Positions 1-10,628 of a stretch of DNA of 64,000 nucleotides are shown one piece after another. The notes below the pieces were generated by a model. The model ran no database searches and was not told the DNA's origin. It saw only the letters and a program-made list of their open reading frames with translations. This stretch comes from an uncultured Actinomycetota bacterium. GTDB lineage: Bacteria; Actinomycetota; UBA4738; HRBIN12. Location: positions 66,662 to 130,661 of the forward strand of contig CAVQEW010000006.1 of assembly GCA_963711655.1 (NCBI GenBank), given 5' to 3'. The position numbers and the translations under genes are program-made. Every line of letters begins with the position of its first letter. The stretch's first letter is position 1.

Positions 1-1
1 G

Positions 2-412
2 TTCCGGGCAGGGCACTGGTACCTCGTCGGACACGACCGCGCACGTGACGACGTCCGCGCGTTCCGCCTCTCCCGGATGGTGGGGGAGATCGCCGACACG
101 GGGCCGGGATCGAGGCCGCCGGAGGACTTCCGGGCGGCGGATCACGTGAACGCCGGTCCGTGGGTCGCCGGGGGGGACGATCGCGCCGTCGTGGTGTTCT
201 CGGCGTCCCGCGCGTGGTTCGCGGCGTCCCAGTTCCCCGGCGCCACCGAGGTCGGCCACGACGAGGAGGGCAGGGTCGTGATGGAGATCCCGATGGCCGA
301 CGAGGAAGCGTTCGCGGCGATGCTCCTCGAGTACGGCCCGGACGCCGTCGTCCGATCCCCGGTCTCGCTCCGCGACGCCGTCGTCAGCCGGCTCGAGGCC
401 CTCCTTGGCTGA
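2..412 (+). CDS. pafB: WYL-domain transcriptional regulator (PafB-like), 5' end cut by window edge
   Basis: The frame is open from base 2. 'GHWYLVGHDRARDDVRAFRLSRM' is a WYL-domain core. A second HTH-WYL gene, tatA, tatC and helY follow, as in the mycobacterial paf-tat-helY locus. Confidence 0.6.
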   Translation, partial: FRAGHWYLVGHDRARDDVRAFRLSRMVGEIADTGPGSRPPEDFRAADHVNAGPWVAGGDDRAVVVFSASRAWFAASQFPGATEVGHDEEGRVVMEIPMADEEAFAAMLLEYGPDAVVRSPVSLRDAVVSRLEALLG

Positions 413-1386
413 ACGCCGGCGCAGCGTGCCGAAGACCTCCGATCGGCTGGGAAGGATGCTCGCGATCGTCCCGTACCTCGTCCAGCACCCCGGGTCTGCG
501 TTGACCGACGTCGCGAACGCGTTCGGGGTGGCACCCGACCAGCTCCGCCGTGACCTCGACCTCCTCTTCATGTCCGGCCTTCCTCCCTACGGGCCCGGCG
601 ACCTGATCGACGTCGACGTGGACGAAGACGGCCACATCTGGATCTCCATGGCCGATCATTTCTCCCGGCCGTTGCAGCTCACGAGGATCGAGGCGCTCGC
701 GGTCTATCTCCGCGGCACCGAGCTCCTCGCGCTCCCGGGGATGCCGGACGCCCCGTCCCTGGCGAAGGCGCTCGAGAAGCTGCGCAGGTCCCTCGGTGCG
801 GAGGCGCTCCACGAAGCCGAGGGACGGATCGAGATCGCGCGGCGCGGGCGAGCGCCGGAGCACCTCGACGTGCTCCGAGACGCCGCGAGGACCCATGTGC
901 GGATCGCAGATCGAGTACTTCGCGGCGTCGACGGGGGAGTGGAGCGATCGCGAGGTCGATCCCGAAGAGGTCTTCTCCGGCATGGGGCATTGGTACGTGG
1001 CGGCGTGGGACGTCGATGCCGATGCGGAGCGCCTCTTCCGCGCCGACCGCGTCCGGAGCGCGACGCCCACCGGCGAGACCTTCGCCCCCCGTGGCCTTCG
1101 CGGGGCGGGACGCGATCTCTACTCGCCGACCGGCGAGGACGTGGCGGTCCGCCTGCGCCTGCGGCCGAGCGCGCGCTGGATCGCGGAGTACTACGCCACC
1201 ACCGAGGTGGAGGAACGCGAGGACGGGGGGATCGAGGCGACGCTCCCGGCGCGACAGCTCGGCTGGGTCGCTCGGCTGCTGTTGCGGGTCGGCGACGACG
1301 CCGAGGTCGTCGAGCCCGCGGAGCTGCGTCTCGAGGTGCAGGAGCTCGCCCGAGAGACGCTCGCGGGATACGGCCACAAGACCTAG
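405..1386 (+). CDS. pafC: HTH/WYL transcriptional regulator (PafC-like), apparent frameshift near 908
   Basis: The N-terminal part 'DRLGRMLAIVPYLVQHPGSALTDVANAFGV' lies in the frame of 405. The WYL part 'GHWYVAAWDVDADAERLFRADRV' lies in the +1 frame (ORF 796..1386). The TTG start overlaps the upstream stop. Confidence 0.6.
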
Positions 1387-1459
1387 TCAGACAGGTCTAG
1401 CCCCGACAACTCGCTCGAGCCTCAAGACCGGTCGAAAGTGGACCGATAGCTGTCGTGAG

Positions 1460-1837
1460 ATGACAACCATCCGGACGACATGCCCCCGCTGCGGAGAGGT
1501 CGACATGGGCCCCGAGGCGATCTCGCTCTCCGTCCGCTCCAGCGGCCGGGAGGGAAGCTACCGCTTCACCTGCCCTCGCTGCGACGACGCGGTCGAGAAG
1601 CGCGCGGACCGCAAGATCGTGGCCCTGCTCGTCTCCGCCGGTGTCGACCTCGAACCCAGAGGCAGCTCCGAGTCGAGCGACACCCTGTTCGACCAGGAGC
1701 CGCTCGAGACCGCCGAACCGCTCGAACACGCGATGGCCGGCCCCGCGTTCACGACCGACGACGTGATCGAGTTCCACTTCCTCCTCGAGGACGACCACTA
1801 CCTGCAGGAGTTCCTCGCCCGTTCCGACGAGTCGTAG
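1460..1837 (+). CDS. hypothetical zinc-ribbon protein with acidic C-terminus
   Basis: An internal ATG of ORF 1016..1837 gives 'MTTIRTTCPRCGEV...FTCPRCDD' with two CxxC pairs. The sequence upstream of this ATG in the same frame is Arg/Ser-rich junk. Confidence 0.5.
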   Translation: MTTIRTTCPRCGEVDMGPEAISLSVRSSGREGSYRFTCPRCDDAVEKRADRKIVALLVSAGVDLEPRGSSESSDTLFDQEPLETAEPLEHAMAGPAFTTDDVIEFHFLLEDDHYLQEFLARSDES

Positions 1838-1876
1838 CGGCGTCCCCCCGTTTCGATCCCCGGTAGCATCCTCCGC

Positions 1877-2152
1877 ATGGAGGCGTGGCTCGTCGTGTGG
1901 CTCGTGGTCGGTCTCGTGACCACCGTGATGCTGCTGGTCATGCTCGGGTTCCTCGTTCGCCACGCCATCCTGCTCGGACGGACGGCGGGGCGGATGCAGG
2001 ACGAGCTCCAACCGATCGCCGACGACCTGGCTGCCACCTCGGCGCAGGCCGCCGACAAGGCGGCACACCTCTCGGACCGGGCATCCCCGAGCCAACGATC
2101 CAGGAGCGGATCTCCGCGAAGCACTCCGGCCCGCGGCAGGGGTCCCCGATAG
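1877..2152 (+). CDS. small membrane protein, hypothetical
   Basis: The N-terminal hydrophobic helix 'AWLVVWLVVGLVTTVMLLVMLGFLV' is followed by an Ala-rich helix. The C-terminus looks low-complexity and may be frame-disturbed. Confidence 0.4.
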   Translation: MEAWLVVWLVVGLVTTVMLLVMLGFLVRHAILLGRTAGRMQDELQPIADDLAATSAQAADKAAHLSDRASPSQRSRSGSPRSTPARGRGPR

Positions 2153-2180
2153 ACTCCCTGCAGGGCGTGTCCCGAATCCG

Positions 2181-2606
2181 ATGCTCAACGTAGGACCCCT
2201 CGAGCTTCTCGTCGTCCTCGCCGTGGCGTTGATCGTGGTGGGGCCGGAGCGGCTGCCCGAGCTCGCCCGCTCCGTGGGACGGGTGATCCGGCAGTTCCGC
2301 GACGTGCAGAACGAGGTCCGCGACATGGTGTCGTCGGAGGTCGACGGCGACGTGCGGCAGGCGGTCGATGAGTTCCGGACGGCGACCGGGGGCGTGCGAC
2401 GGGCCACCGACGTGAAGGGCGCGGTCCGCCGCGCCGGCAAGAGCATCCGGGATGAGACCGCCGCGTTGCGGACACCGCGCGCGACACCGGCGCGGAGCAC
2501 GCCGAACGAGCCGGCGGAGGGTGCCGGACCGCCCGCCGACCGACTCCTCGAGGACGGGGCGGCCAAGCCCGACCCCACCGAGCCCGAGAACCCGTCGCAG
2601 CCATGA
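2181..2606 (+). CDS. tatA: twin-arginine translocase TatA/TatB-family subunit
   Basis: 'MLNVGPLELLVVLAVALIVVGPERLPELARSVGRVIRQFR' is the canonical TatA/B N-terminus. It lies immediately upstream of tatC with an ATGA overlap. Confidence 0.85.
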   Translation: MLNVGPLELLVVLAVALIVVGPERLPELARSVGRVIRQFRDVQNEVRDMVSSEVDGDVRQAVDEFRTATGGVRRATDVKGAVRRAGKSIRDETAALRTPRATPARSTPNEPAEGAGPPADRLLEDGAAKPDPTEPENPSQP

Positions 2607-3386
2607 GGACGCTCCCCAGGTGGCGGCGGAAGAGCCCCGAGGAGCGCGAGGGCGCGATGTCGCTCATCGACCATCTGAAGGAGCTCCGCCACCGACTCAT
2701 CATGTGTCTCTGGGCGTTGATCGCGGGCTCGGCCGTCGGCATCTACCTCTACGACCCGGCGATGCGGCTCATCAAGAGCCCCTACTGCGACTTCCTCCGG
2801 GATCACCCCGAGAAGGCGCCGTTCCAAGGAGGAGGGGTGTTCGCTCATCTTCCTCTCCGCGATCGACGGCTTCCTGATCACCGTGAAGGTGATCGTGTTC
2901 CTCGCCCTCGTCGTGGCGTTGCCCGTGATCCTGTACCAGCTCTGGGGCTTCATCGTGCCCGGTCTCACCCGGCGCGAGCGGAAGTGGGCGATCCCGTTCG
3001 TCCTCGTGTCGTTGCTCCTGTTCCTGTTGGGCGGGCTCGCGGCCTACCTCACGCTCCCCGCGGCGCTCAACTTCCTCCTCGGTGTCGGCGGCGACTTCGT
3101 GAGTCCGTTGCTGACCGTCGACAAGTACATCGGGTTCGTGATCTTCACCATCCTGGCATTCGGGCTGGGCTTCGAGTTCCCGATCCTGCTCGTCTCGCTC
3201 TCGGCTGCCGGCGTGATCACGAACGAGACGATGCGCCGCTATCGGCGCCAGGTGGTCCTCGCGCTCGCGATCTTCGCGGCGGTGATCACGCCGAGCCCGG
3301 ATCCCATCTCGATGCTCGCACTGCTCATCCCGCTCTACCTCTTCTACGAGGGCGCTATCATCGTCAGCCGTTTGCTCAAGCGATAG
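2603..3386 (+). CDS. tatC: twin-arginine translocase subunit TatC, apparent +1 frameshift near 2835
   Basis: 'MSLIDHLKELRHRLI' lies in the frame of 2603. The remainder 'CSLIFLSAIDGFLITVKVIVFLALVVALPVILYQLWGFIVPGL...' lies in the frame of ORF 2883..3386. Confidence 0.85.
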
Positions 3387-3395
3387 GACGAAGAC

Positions 3396-4112
3396 GTGGC
3401 GATCAAGGGCAAGAAGCGCACGAAGACGAGGCAGCCGGTGCGCGCGCCGAGACGCGGTCCGGTCCCCGTGCCGGTTCCCTTCGCGAAGCGGAGGGGCGTG
3501 CAGGCCCTCGCGGCGTTCATCGCCGGGTTACTCGTCTTCTGGGGCGGGATCTGGCTGACCAACGGCCTCCGGGAGCAAGACCGGACCACCCGCACGGAAG
3601 CGCAGGACCTCCTCCGTCGCCGCGCGGCGTCCTCCTGGAAGACGTTGGTCGAAACCGAGGTGGGCACGATCGGCCAGGTGCAGGAGGGGACACCCCCGGT
3701 GATCCTCCCGCAGCTCCCCGCGATCCTGACCGGACTGAAGGACCGCACCCCGAAGGACGTCGTCGCGACGCTGCAGGATGCCGCGCGCCGGCGCGAAAGA
3801 GGTCTCGGGAACGATCGCGTCCTACGACCTCTCGGGCTTCGATCAGGGACAAGGGATTCGACCAGGCCGCGGTGCTGCAGTTCCTGGGGGCCAGAGACGA
3901 GCTGGTCCGCGCGCTCGACCTCACTCGGGAGGCGGCGCTCCTCGGTGTCGCCGCCGCGCGCCTCGACGTCGCCGATCGGGGCGCCGTCCTCGCACGGGCG
4001 GAGTCGCTGCTCGCGCAGGCCTCGGTCGCGATCGGCTCGTTTCCAGATCCATCACTCCCAAGCGCTCAGCGCCGCCGGGATCAACGTGCAACCCACCCTC
4101 CCGGGCGCCTAA
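3396..4112 (+). CDS. hypothetical membrane-anchored protein, at least 3 frame changes
   Basis: It has a basic N-terminus and a TM helix 'ALAAFIAGLLVFWGGIWL'. Protein-like sequence hops frames near 3790, 3845 and 4045 ('KEVSGTIASYDLSGFDQ', 'KGFDQAAVLQFLGARDELVRALDL...'). The stop is at 4110-4112. Confidence 0.4.
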   Translation: MAIKGKKRTKTRQPVRAPRRGPVPVPVPFAKRRGVQALAAFIAGLLVFWGGIWLTNGLREQDRTTRTEAQDLLRRRAASSWKTLVETEVGTIGQVQEGTPPVILPQLPAILTGLKDRTPKDVVATLQDAARRRERGLGNDRVLRPLGLRSGTRDSTRPRCCSSWGPETSWSARSTSLGRRRSSVSPPRASTSPIGAPSSHGRSRCSRRPRSRSARFQIHHSQALSAAGINVQPTLPGA

Positions 4113-4118
4113 GGCCGC

Positions 4119-5033
4119 ATGGGGGACGCCGCCGACCTCGTCGTGGTCGCGAACCCGGCGGCCGGGCACGGGAGAGCGGGACGGTTGATCGGCAAGGTCA
4201 CCACCGCGCTGCACCGGCTCCGGGTGCCGCACGAGATCCGCGTCTCGGAGTCGGGTCCGGACGTCGAACGGCTCGCTCGGGTCGCGGCCGAGGAGGGGAC
4301 GAGGATCGTGGCCGCCCTCGGCGGCGACGGGACCGTCTCGCTCGCCGCGAACGGCATCCTCGGCACGGGCGCCGCGCTCGCGGCGTTGCCGGCCGGCACC
4401 GGAGACGACTTCGCGAAGGCGATCGGGGTCGGGAAGCTCGACTCCGCGGTCGAGCTGCTCGCCAACCCGAAGACCACCGACCTCGACGTCATCGAGATCA
4501 CCACGGGTGCCGTACGCCGGAGCTTCATCAACATCGCGGGGGCGGGCTTCGACTCGGAGGTGAACGAGACCGCGAACGGCATGACGATCAAGCTCGGCGC
4601 CACCGGCACGTACGTGGCCGCCCTGCTGAAGACCCTGTCGAGGTTCTCGCCCGCCGCCTTCACGATCCAGGTCGACGACGAACGGATGGAGCTCGACGCG
4701 ATGCTCGTCGAGGTCGGCAGCGGCCGTTGGACCGGGGGAGGGATGCGGGTCCTCCCGAACGCGGTGATGAACGACGGACTCCTCGACGTCTGCATCGTCG
4801 AGGCGTTGTCCAAGCCCGCCTTCCTCCGAGCGTTCCCACGCGTCTTCTCCGGCTCCCACACCACGCACCCGAAGGTGCGGATGCGCACCGGCACGAGGGT
4901 GCAGGTCGAAGCGAACCGCCGGGTGCTCGTGTACGCCGACGGAGAGCTGGTCGGACCCTTGCCGGCGATCTTCGAGATCCGCCCGGGCGCGCTCCCCGTC
5001 GTGGTCGGACCGGACGCCAAAGGCGTACGGTGA
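4119..5033 (+). CDS. diacylglycerol/lipid kinase family protein (YegS/DagK-like)
   Basis: 'VVVANPAAGHGRA', 'AALGGDGTVSLAANG' and 'LPAGTGDDFAKAIG' are DAGK catalytic-domain motifs. The ORF is intact at 304 aa. Confidence 0.8.
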   Translation: MGDAADLVVVANPAAGHGRAGRLIGKVTTALHRLRVPHEIRVSESGPDVERLARVAAEEGTRIVAALGGDGTVSLAANGILGTGAALAALPAGTGDDFAKAIGVGKLDSAVELLANPKTTDLDVIEITTGAVRRSFINIAGAGFDSEVNETANGMTIKLGATGTYVAALLKTLSRFSPAAFTIQVDDERMELDAMLVEVGSGRWTGGGMRVLPNAVMNDGLLDVCIVEALSKPAFLRAFPRVFSGSHTTHPKVRMRTGTRVQVEANRRVLVYADGELVGPLPAIFEIRPGALPVVVGPDAKGVR

Positions 5034-5037
5034 GCCC

Positions 5038-5769
5038 ATGAGCACAGGACTCCTGTTGATCCACGCCTTCCCGCTCGACGCCCGGATGTGGGAACCGCAG
5101 CTCGCGTCGCTCGGCGCCCGATTGCCGCTCGTGGTCCCGCACCTTCCCGGCTTCGGCGCCACGGAGGGCCCGGAGGTCCTCACGATGGCCGCCGCGGCGG
5201 AGCACTGCACCCGAGCGATGGACGAAGCCGGTGTGGACACCGCCGTCGTCTGTGGGCTCTCGATGGGCGGCTACGTGGCCTTCGAGCTCTGGAGGTCCGC
5301 TCGGTCACGGGTGGCGGCCCTGGTGCTCGCGAACACCAAGGCGGAGGGCGACACGCCCGAGGCCGCGGCCGCTCGGCGAGCCCTGGCGGAACGGTTGGGG
5401 ACCGAGGGGCACGGGTTCCTGGTCGACCAGCCACCGCCACTCCTGCGGGAGGACGCGCCCCCCGAGCTCCGTGACCGCGTCAAGACGTGGATCGCCGAGC
5501 AGACGCCGGGCGCGATCGCCGCGGCCGCGCTCGGGATGGCCGAGCGGCCGGACTCGGTGTCGGACCTCCCCACGATCGACGTGCCCACGCTGGTGATCAC
5601 CGGCGCGGAGGATCGCCTGATCCCGCCCGACGTCACGGCGGGCATCGCCGACGGCGTCGACGGCGCGGAACTCCTGCGGATCGAGGGCGCCGGCCACCTG
5701 TCGAACCTCGAAGCGCCGGAGGCCTTCGACACCGCGCTCGGCGGCGTGCTCACGGGTCTCGGTCTCTAG
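5038..5769 (+). CDS. alpha/beta hydrolase
   Basis: It has the nucleophile elbow 'GLSMGG' and a C-terminal 'GAGHLSNLE' His motif. The ORF is intact at 243 aa. Confidence 0.75.
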   Translation: MSTGLLLIHAFPLDARMWEPQLASLGARLPLVVPHLPGFGATEGPEVLTMAAAAEHCTRAMDEAGVDTAVVCGLSMGGYVAFELWRSARSRVAALVLANTKAEGDTPEAAAARRALAERLGTEGHGFLVDQPPPLLREDAPPELRDRVKTWIAEQTPGAIAAAALGMAERPDSVSDLPTIDVPTLVITGAEDRLIPPDVTAGIADGVDGAELLRIEGAGHLSNLEAPEAFDTALGGVLTGLGL

Positions 5770-5829
5770 GCTCCGGGCCGGGGCGCCTGCATCGGGCCCA
5801 CGCAGGGCCGCCCGTAGACTGGCCTCACC

Positions 5830-8487
5830 GTGACCACGCCAGACGATTTCGCGCGGCAGTTCCCCTTCGAGCTCGACGCGTTCCAACAGGACGCGATCGA
5901 CGCCGTCCATCGAGGGATGTCGACCCTCGTGGCGGCGCCGACCGGATCCGGCAAGACGGTCGTCGCCGAGTTCGCGATCGAGCGCGCGCTCGACCGGGGT
6001 GGGAAAGCCTTCTACACGACACCGCTGAAGGCGCTGTCCAACCAGAAGTTCGGCGATCTCGTGGCCAAGCACGGAGTCGGCACGGTCGGACTGCTCACGG
6101 GCGACAACGCGATCAACCCGGAGGCATCCGTGGTCGTGATGACCACGGAGGTCCTCCGCAACATGCTCTACGAACGCTCGTCCACGCTCACGGGGCTGCT
6201 CTCGGTCGTCATGGACGAGGTCCACTACCTGCAGGACCCGTACCGCGGCGCCGTGTGGGAGGAGGTCCTGATCCACCTCCCTCCCTCGGTCAGCGTGGTC
6301 GCGCTCTCGGCCACGATCTCGAACGCGGAGGAGTTCGGCGACTGGATCACCACCCTCCGCGGCGACACGAGGGTCGTGATCGAGGAGCGCCGGCCCGTGC
6401 CGCTCGAGCATCACTACCTCGTGGGCCCCCGCCTGCATCCGATGCACATCGAGCAGGACGGGATCCTGATGCCGAACCCGTACGTCGTCTCGCTCGACCA
6501 GCACGAGCTGAAGACGAAGACCTACTACCGCCGCGGCTCGGGGCTCCCGCAGCATCAGCGGATCTCCCGTCCACGGGAGGGATACCGCCGGGTCTACGTG
6601 CCCCGCCGCGAGGAGGTCGTCGAGGTCCTCGCGCAGGAGGGGATGCTCCCGGCGATCTACTTCGTCTTCAGCCGGTCGGGCTGCGAGAAGAGCGTGCGCT
6701 GGCTACGCGACGCGGGGGTCCGCCTCACGACCAGGGAGGAGGCCGCCACGATCCGTGATCGAGCCGAGACACGTGCGGCGTGGGTGGACGAGGAGGACCT
6801 CACGAGCCTCGGCTTCTCCGAGTTCCTCGAGTCGCTGACGACCGGGGTCGCGGCCCACCACGCCGGCATGCTCCCGTTGTTCAAGGAGACGGTCGAAGAG
6901 CTCTTCCAGGAGGGACTCGTCAAGGTGGTGTTCGCCACGGAGACCCTCTCGCTCGGGATCAACATGCCGGCCAAGAGCGTCGTGATCGAAGACCTCTGGA
7001 AGTTCCAGGGCGAGCGGCACGAGCTCGTCACCCCGGGGGAGTACACGCAGCTCACGGGGAGAGCCGGACGCCGAGGGATCGACGCGCTGGGCCACGCCGT
7101 CGTCGTCTACCAGCGGCAGGTGCCGTTCGAGCGCGTGGCGGGCCTCGCCGCCACCCGCACCTACGACCTGGCGTCCTCGTTCCGACCTTCGTACAACATG
7201 GCGGTGAACCTCGTCCGCAACTACACACCCGAGCAGACGCATCACCTCCTGAATTCGTCCTTCGCGCAGTTCCTCGCCGACCGGGGCGTGGTGGTGCTCG
7301 AGCGGTCCCGGCAGCAGGACCTGGCCACGCTGGAGGGCTACCGGAAGAACATGGTGTGTGACCTCGGGGACTTCGAGGAGTACTGGGAACTGCTCGAGAA
7401 GGCTCGGAGGCTCCGCGACGACGACCGGCGGGCCCGCGATCAGGGGCGGCGCGACGATGTCCGTTCCGGCGTCGCCGGACTGCGACCTGGCGACGTCGTC
7501 TGGGTGCCCCGCGCCCGGCGACGCGGCATCGCCGTGGTCGTGTCCTCGCGTGACGGGAAACCCACGGTGCTCGCGCAGGATCGGCAGTTCTTCCGGCTGA
7601 GCGCCAGGGACTTCGAGGACCCGCCTCTGGTCTTGACGAAGATCCCGCTGCCCCGGTCCGGCAGCGTTCGCAACCCGCGGTTCCGCCGGGACGTCGCGGC
7701 CCGGCTCGTCGCGCTCGACGTCAAGACCGCCGGCGGCCGGCGGCGCGGGCAGACGACGCCGAAGGTCGAACGCGAGGCGGCGCGGCTGGAGGCGCTGGCC
7801 GAGGCACACCCCTGCCGAGGGTGTCCGGAGCGCGGGAAGCACGAGCGCTGGGCGGCGAGGTCGGCGGAGCTGCAGCGCCGGCTGGGCGGCGTCGAACGCA
7901 GGATCCGGGTCCGTACCGAGACGCTCGCGCGACAGTTCGACCGTGTCCTGTCGGTGCTCCGCGCCTTGCGGTACGTCGATGACTGGGAGCTCACCCCGAA
8001 GGGCCAGATGCTGACCCGCATCTACGGCGAAGGCGACCTGCTCGTGGGCGAAGCCCTCCAGGCCGGGCTCCTGGACGACCTTCGCCCCTCCGAGGTCGTC
8101 GCCCTGCTGTCCGCGGTGATCTACGAGGGGCGCGAGCGCATCCCGCTCTCGGGAGAGATGCCCACCGCCGAGACCAAGGAACGGTACGAGCGACTCCAGC
8201 GACTGTGGCGGAAGGTGCGCCGCACCGAAGACGAGCATCAGGTCCAGCTGTGCCGCGAGCTCGAAGCGGGCTTCGCCAGGCCGATCCATCAGTGGGCCGA
8301 GGGGGAGACGCTCGACGAGATCCTCGCCGAGACCGAGATGGCGCCCGGCGACTTCATCCGGAACTGCAAGCAGCTCGTGGACCTGCTCCGCCAGATCGAG
8401 GACGTCGCCGCCCCCGAGACGGCTGCCCAGGTGCGAGCCGGACGCGAGGCCATCCTCCGGGGCGTCGTCGCCTACACGGGGGTGTAG
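5830..8487 (+). CDS. helY: Ski2-like DEAD/DEAH-box RNA helicase HelY
   Basis: 'AAPTGSGKT', 'MDEVHYL' and 'SATISN' motifs in an intact 885-aa ORF. It sits downstream of tatC as in mycobacteria. Confidence 0.85.
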   Translation: MTTPDDFARQFPFELDAFQQDAIDAVHRGMSTLVAAPTGSGKTVVAEFAIERALDRGGKAFYTTPLKALSNQKFGDLVAKHGVGTVGLLTGDNAINPEASVVVMTTEVLRNMLYERSSTLTGLLSVVMDEVHYLQDPYRGAVWEEVLIHLPPSVSVVALSATISNAEEFGDWITTLRGDTRVVIEERRPVPLEHHYLVGPRLHPMHIEQDGILMPNPYVVSLDQHELKTKTYYRRGSGLPQHQRISRPREGYRRVYVPRREEVVEVLAQEGMLPAIYFVFSRSGCEKSVRWLRDAGVRLTTREEAATIRDRAETRAAWVDEEDLTSLGFSEFLESLTTGVAAHHAGMLPLFKETVEELFQEGLVKVVFATETLSLGINMPAKSVVIEDLWKFQGERHELVTPGEYTQLTGRAGRRGIDALGHAVVVYQRQVPFERVAGLAATRTYDLASSFRPSYNMAVNLVRNYTPEQTHHLLNSSFAQFLADRGVVVLERSRQQDLATLEGYRKNMVCDLGDFEEYWELLEKARRLRDDDRRARDQGRRDDVRSGVAGLRPGDVVWVPRARRRGIAVVVSSRDGKPTVLAQDRQFFRLSARDFEDPPLVLTKIPLPRSGSVRNPRFRRDVAARLVALDVKTAGGRRRGQTTPKVEREAARLEALAEAHPCRGCPERGKHERWAARSAELQRRLGGVERRIRVRTETLARQFDRVLSVLRALRYVDDWELTPKGQMLTRIYGEGDLLVGEALQAGLLDDLRPSEVVALLSAVIYEGRERIPLSGEMPTAETKERYERLQRLWRKVRRTEDEHQVQLCRELEAGFARPIHQWAEGETLDEILAETEMAPGDFIRNCKQLVDLLRQIEDVAAPETAAQVRAGREAILRGVVAYTGV

Positions 8488-8515
8488 CTACGATCCGGCC
8501 CGTGGGATCTCGCCG

Positions 8516-9433
8516 ATGACCAGCCCGTTCGGCACGATCGCGGTGATCGCGGACCCGCGGGCGGGCATCCTGGATCAGGTGCCGGTGCTCGAGCGCGCGC
8601 TCGACGAGCGTGGGCTCGAGCACCGGACGATGGTGGCGAACGGGTCGGATCCTTCCTCGCTCGCGGCGAGCGCCCTCGACGAAGGCTTCCGGTTCCTCGT
8701 CGCGATGGGCAACGACGCGACCGTGCAGGACGTGGTGAACGGGATGTTCCGCGACGGCAGCCCGATCCGGGAGGAGCCGGTCCTAGGCGTGATCGGGGCC
8801 GGGAGCGGATGTGACCTCGTGCGGAGCTTCGGCGTCCCGGGCGACACGGAGTCGGCCGCGGCCCACCTCGCGGGAGACAACACGTATGGCCTCGATCTCA
8901 TGAAGATCACCGCGACGGGCCCCGCGGGGGAGCGTCACACGCGGTACGGGCACAACCTGGCACAGGTGGGGATGGGCGCCCAACAGGTCGCGTGCGCCGC
9001 GAAGGCTCCGGCCTGGTTGGGGGGCTCGCGGCGCTTCTACGGCTTCTGGTGCGGCTACCTGAAGACGAAGGCGTCGAAGGTGACGGTGGAACACGACACA
9101 CGCACGTGGCAGGGCCGGGCCTGGAACATCGTGGTCGCCAACGCCCAGTTCACCGGCGGCGGACTGCGACTGTCCCCGCGGTCCTTCCCGGGGGACGGCG
9201 TGCTGGACGCCCTCGTCTTCACCGGACCGAGATCGGGCGCCTACACGCAGCTCCCGCGCCTCTTCCGCCACGGCGACCACGTCCCCGATCCGAACATCAA
9301 GGAGCTGAAGGCGAAGATCCGGTTCGAGATCCGCTCGGAACGGCCGCTGCCGGTCCTCATGGACGGTGTGCCGCTCGGCACGACCCCGGTCACGTTCCAG
9401 GTCATGCCCCGGCAGATACTCTTCAAGCTGTGA
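8516..9433 (+). CDS. diacylglycerol kinase family protein (second paralog)
   Basis: 'FLVAMGNDATVQDVVNG' and 'GVIGAGSGCDLVRSFG' are DAGK-like motifs. The ORF is intact at 305 aa. Confidence 0.7.
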   Translation: MTSPFGTIAVIADPRAGILDQVPVLERALDERGLEHRTMVANGSDPSSLAASALDEGFRFLVAMGNDATVQDVVNGMFRDGSPIREEPVLGVIGAGSGCDLVRSFGVPGDTESAAAHLAGDNTYGLDLMKITATGPAGERHTRYGHNLAQVGMGAQQVACAAKAPAWLGGSRRFYGFWCGYLKTKASKVTVEHDTRTWQGRAWNIVVANAQFTGGGLRLSPRSFPGDGVLDALVFTGPRSGAYTQLPRLFRHGDHVPDPNIKELKAKIRFEIRSERPLPVLMDGVPLGTTPVTFQVMPRQILFKL

Positions 9434-10528
9434 GCGGCTCGCACCTCGAACGGATCGGCCGAGCGTCCGCCGAGGTCTCGTCCCGAGAGCTGGACGCGCT
9501 GGTCGTCTCTCCTTCCCCCGACCTCGTCTACCTGACCGGCTACGATCCGAAGCCGCTGCCACGCCCGACGCTGCTCGTCCTCAGGCCGGGCCATGACCCC
9601 GCGGTCCTCGTCCCGGAGCTGGAGCGGGCGCTCGCGGCCGCCTCGCCGCTGCATGAGCACCTCGAGCTGGTCACCTGGCGGGACGGGTCCGATCCCTACG
9701 AGGCCGCCGCGAGCCTGCTGGCCGGGGCCACCCGGATCGCCGTGGCGGACCGTCTGTGGGGGATCCACCTCCTCGGCCTCCAACGGGAGTTGCCCGGCGC
9801 CGCCTTCTCGCCGGCGTCTCCGGTGATGGCTCGCCTCCGGGCAGTGAAGGACGAGCAGGAGCTCGGGGCGCTCCGACGCGCCGCGCGCGCCGCCGACGAG
9901 ACCTTCCGGGAGGTCGTCTCCCGGCCGTTCCAGGGCCGGAAGGAGGAGGACGTCGCCCACGACCTCGCGGAGCTGCTCGTCCGCAACGGGCACGCGCGCG
10001 CCGACTTCACCATCGTGGCGAGCGGCCCCAACGCCGCGTCGCCGCACCACGAACCGGGGGGACGCACGATCCTGCCTCGCGACGCGGTCGTGATGGACTT
10101 CGGCGGAGAGCTCGGAGGATATTTCAGCGACACGACGCGCACCGTGGTGGTGACCGAACCGCCGGAGGGCTTCGAGCAGGCGTACGCGGCCGTCCAGGAG
10201 GCGCAGGCGGCCGCGGTGGACGTCGTCCGGCCCGGGCTGGAGGCTCAGGAGGTCGACAGGACGGCACGGGCGATCATCGACGCCGCGGGCTACGGCGAGC
10301 GGTTCATCCACCGGACCGGCCACAGCATCGGCCTCGAGCTGCACGAGCCTCCCTACATGGTGGAGGGGGACGAGACCCTCCTCGAGGAAGGGCATGACGT
10401 TCTCGGTGGAACCCGGCGTCTACCTCGAGGGGCGCTTCGGGATCAGGATCGAGGACATCGTGGCGGTCACCTCGGACGGCGTCGAGCGGCTGAACCGCAG
10501 CACGCGCGACCTCCAGGTCGTGGCTTGA
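9430..10528 (+). CDS. M24-family Xaa-Pro aminopeptidase/dipeptidase, frameshift near 10391
   Basis: The creatinase-like N-domain is followed by '[16 protein letters not shown]' and '[15 protein letters not shown]'. The C-terminus '[26 protein letters not shown]' is in another frame. The GTG start overlaps the upstream stop. Confidence 0.8.
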
Positions 10529-10628
10529 CCGACCCCGCTCGACTCGGGTAATCCTCTTGCCCGCGGGGTGCGAACACCCGTCGGAACTGTCCGCGAACGG
10601 AGGTCGGGCTGCGGTGCGAGACCAGATC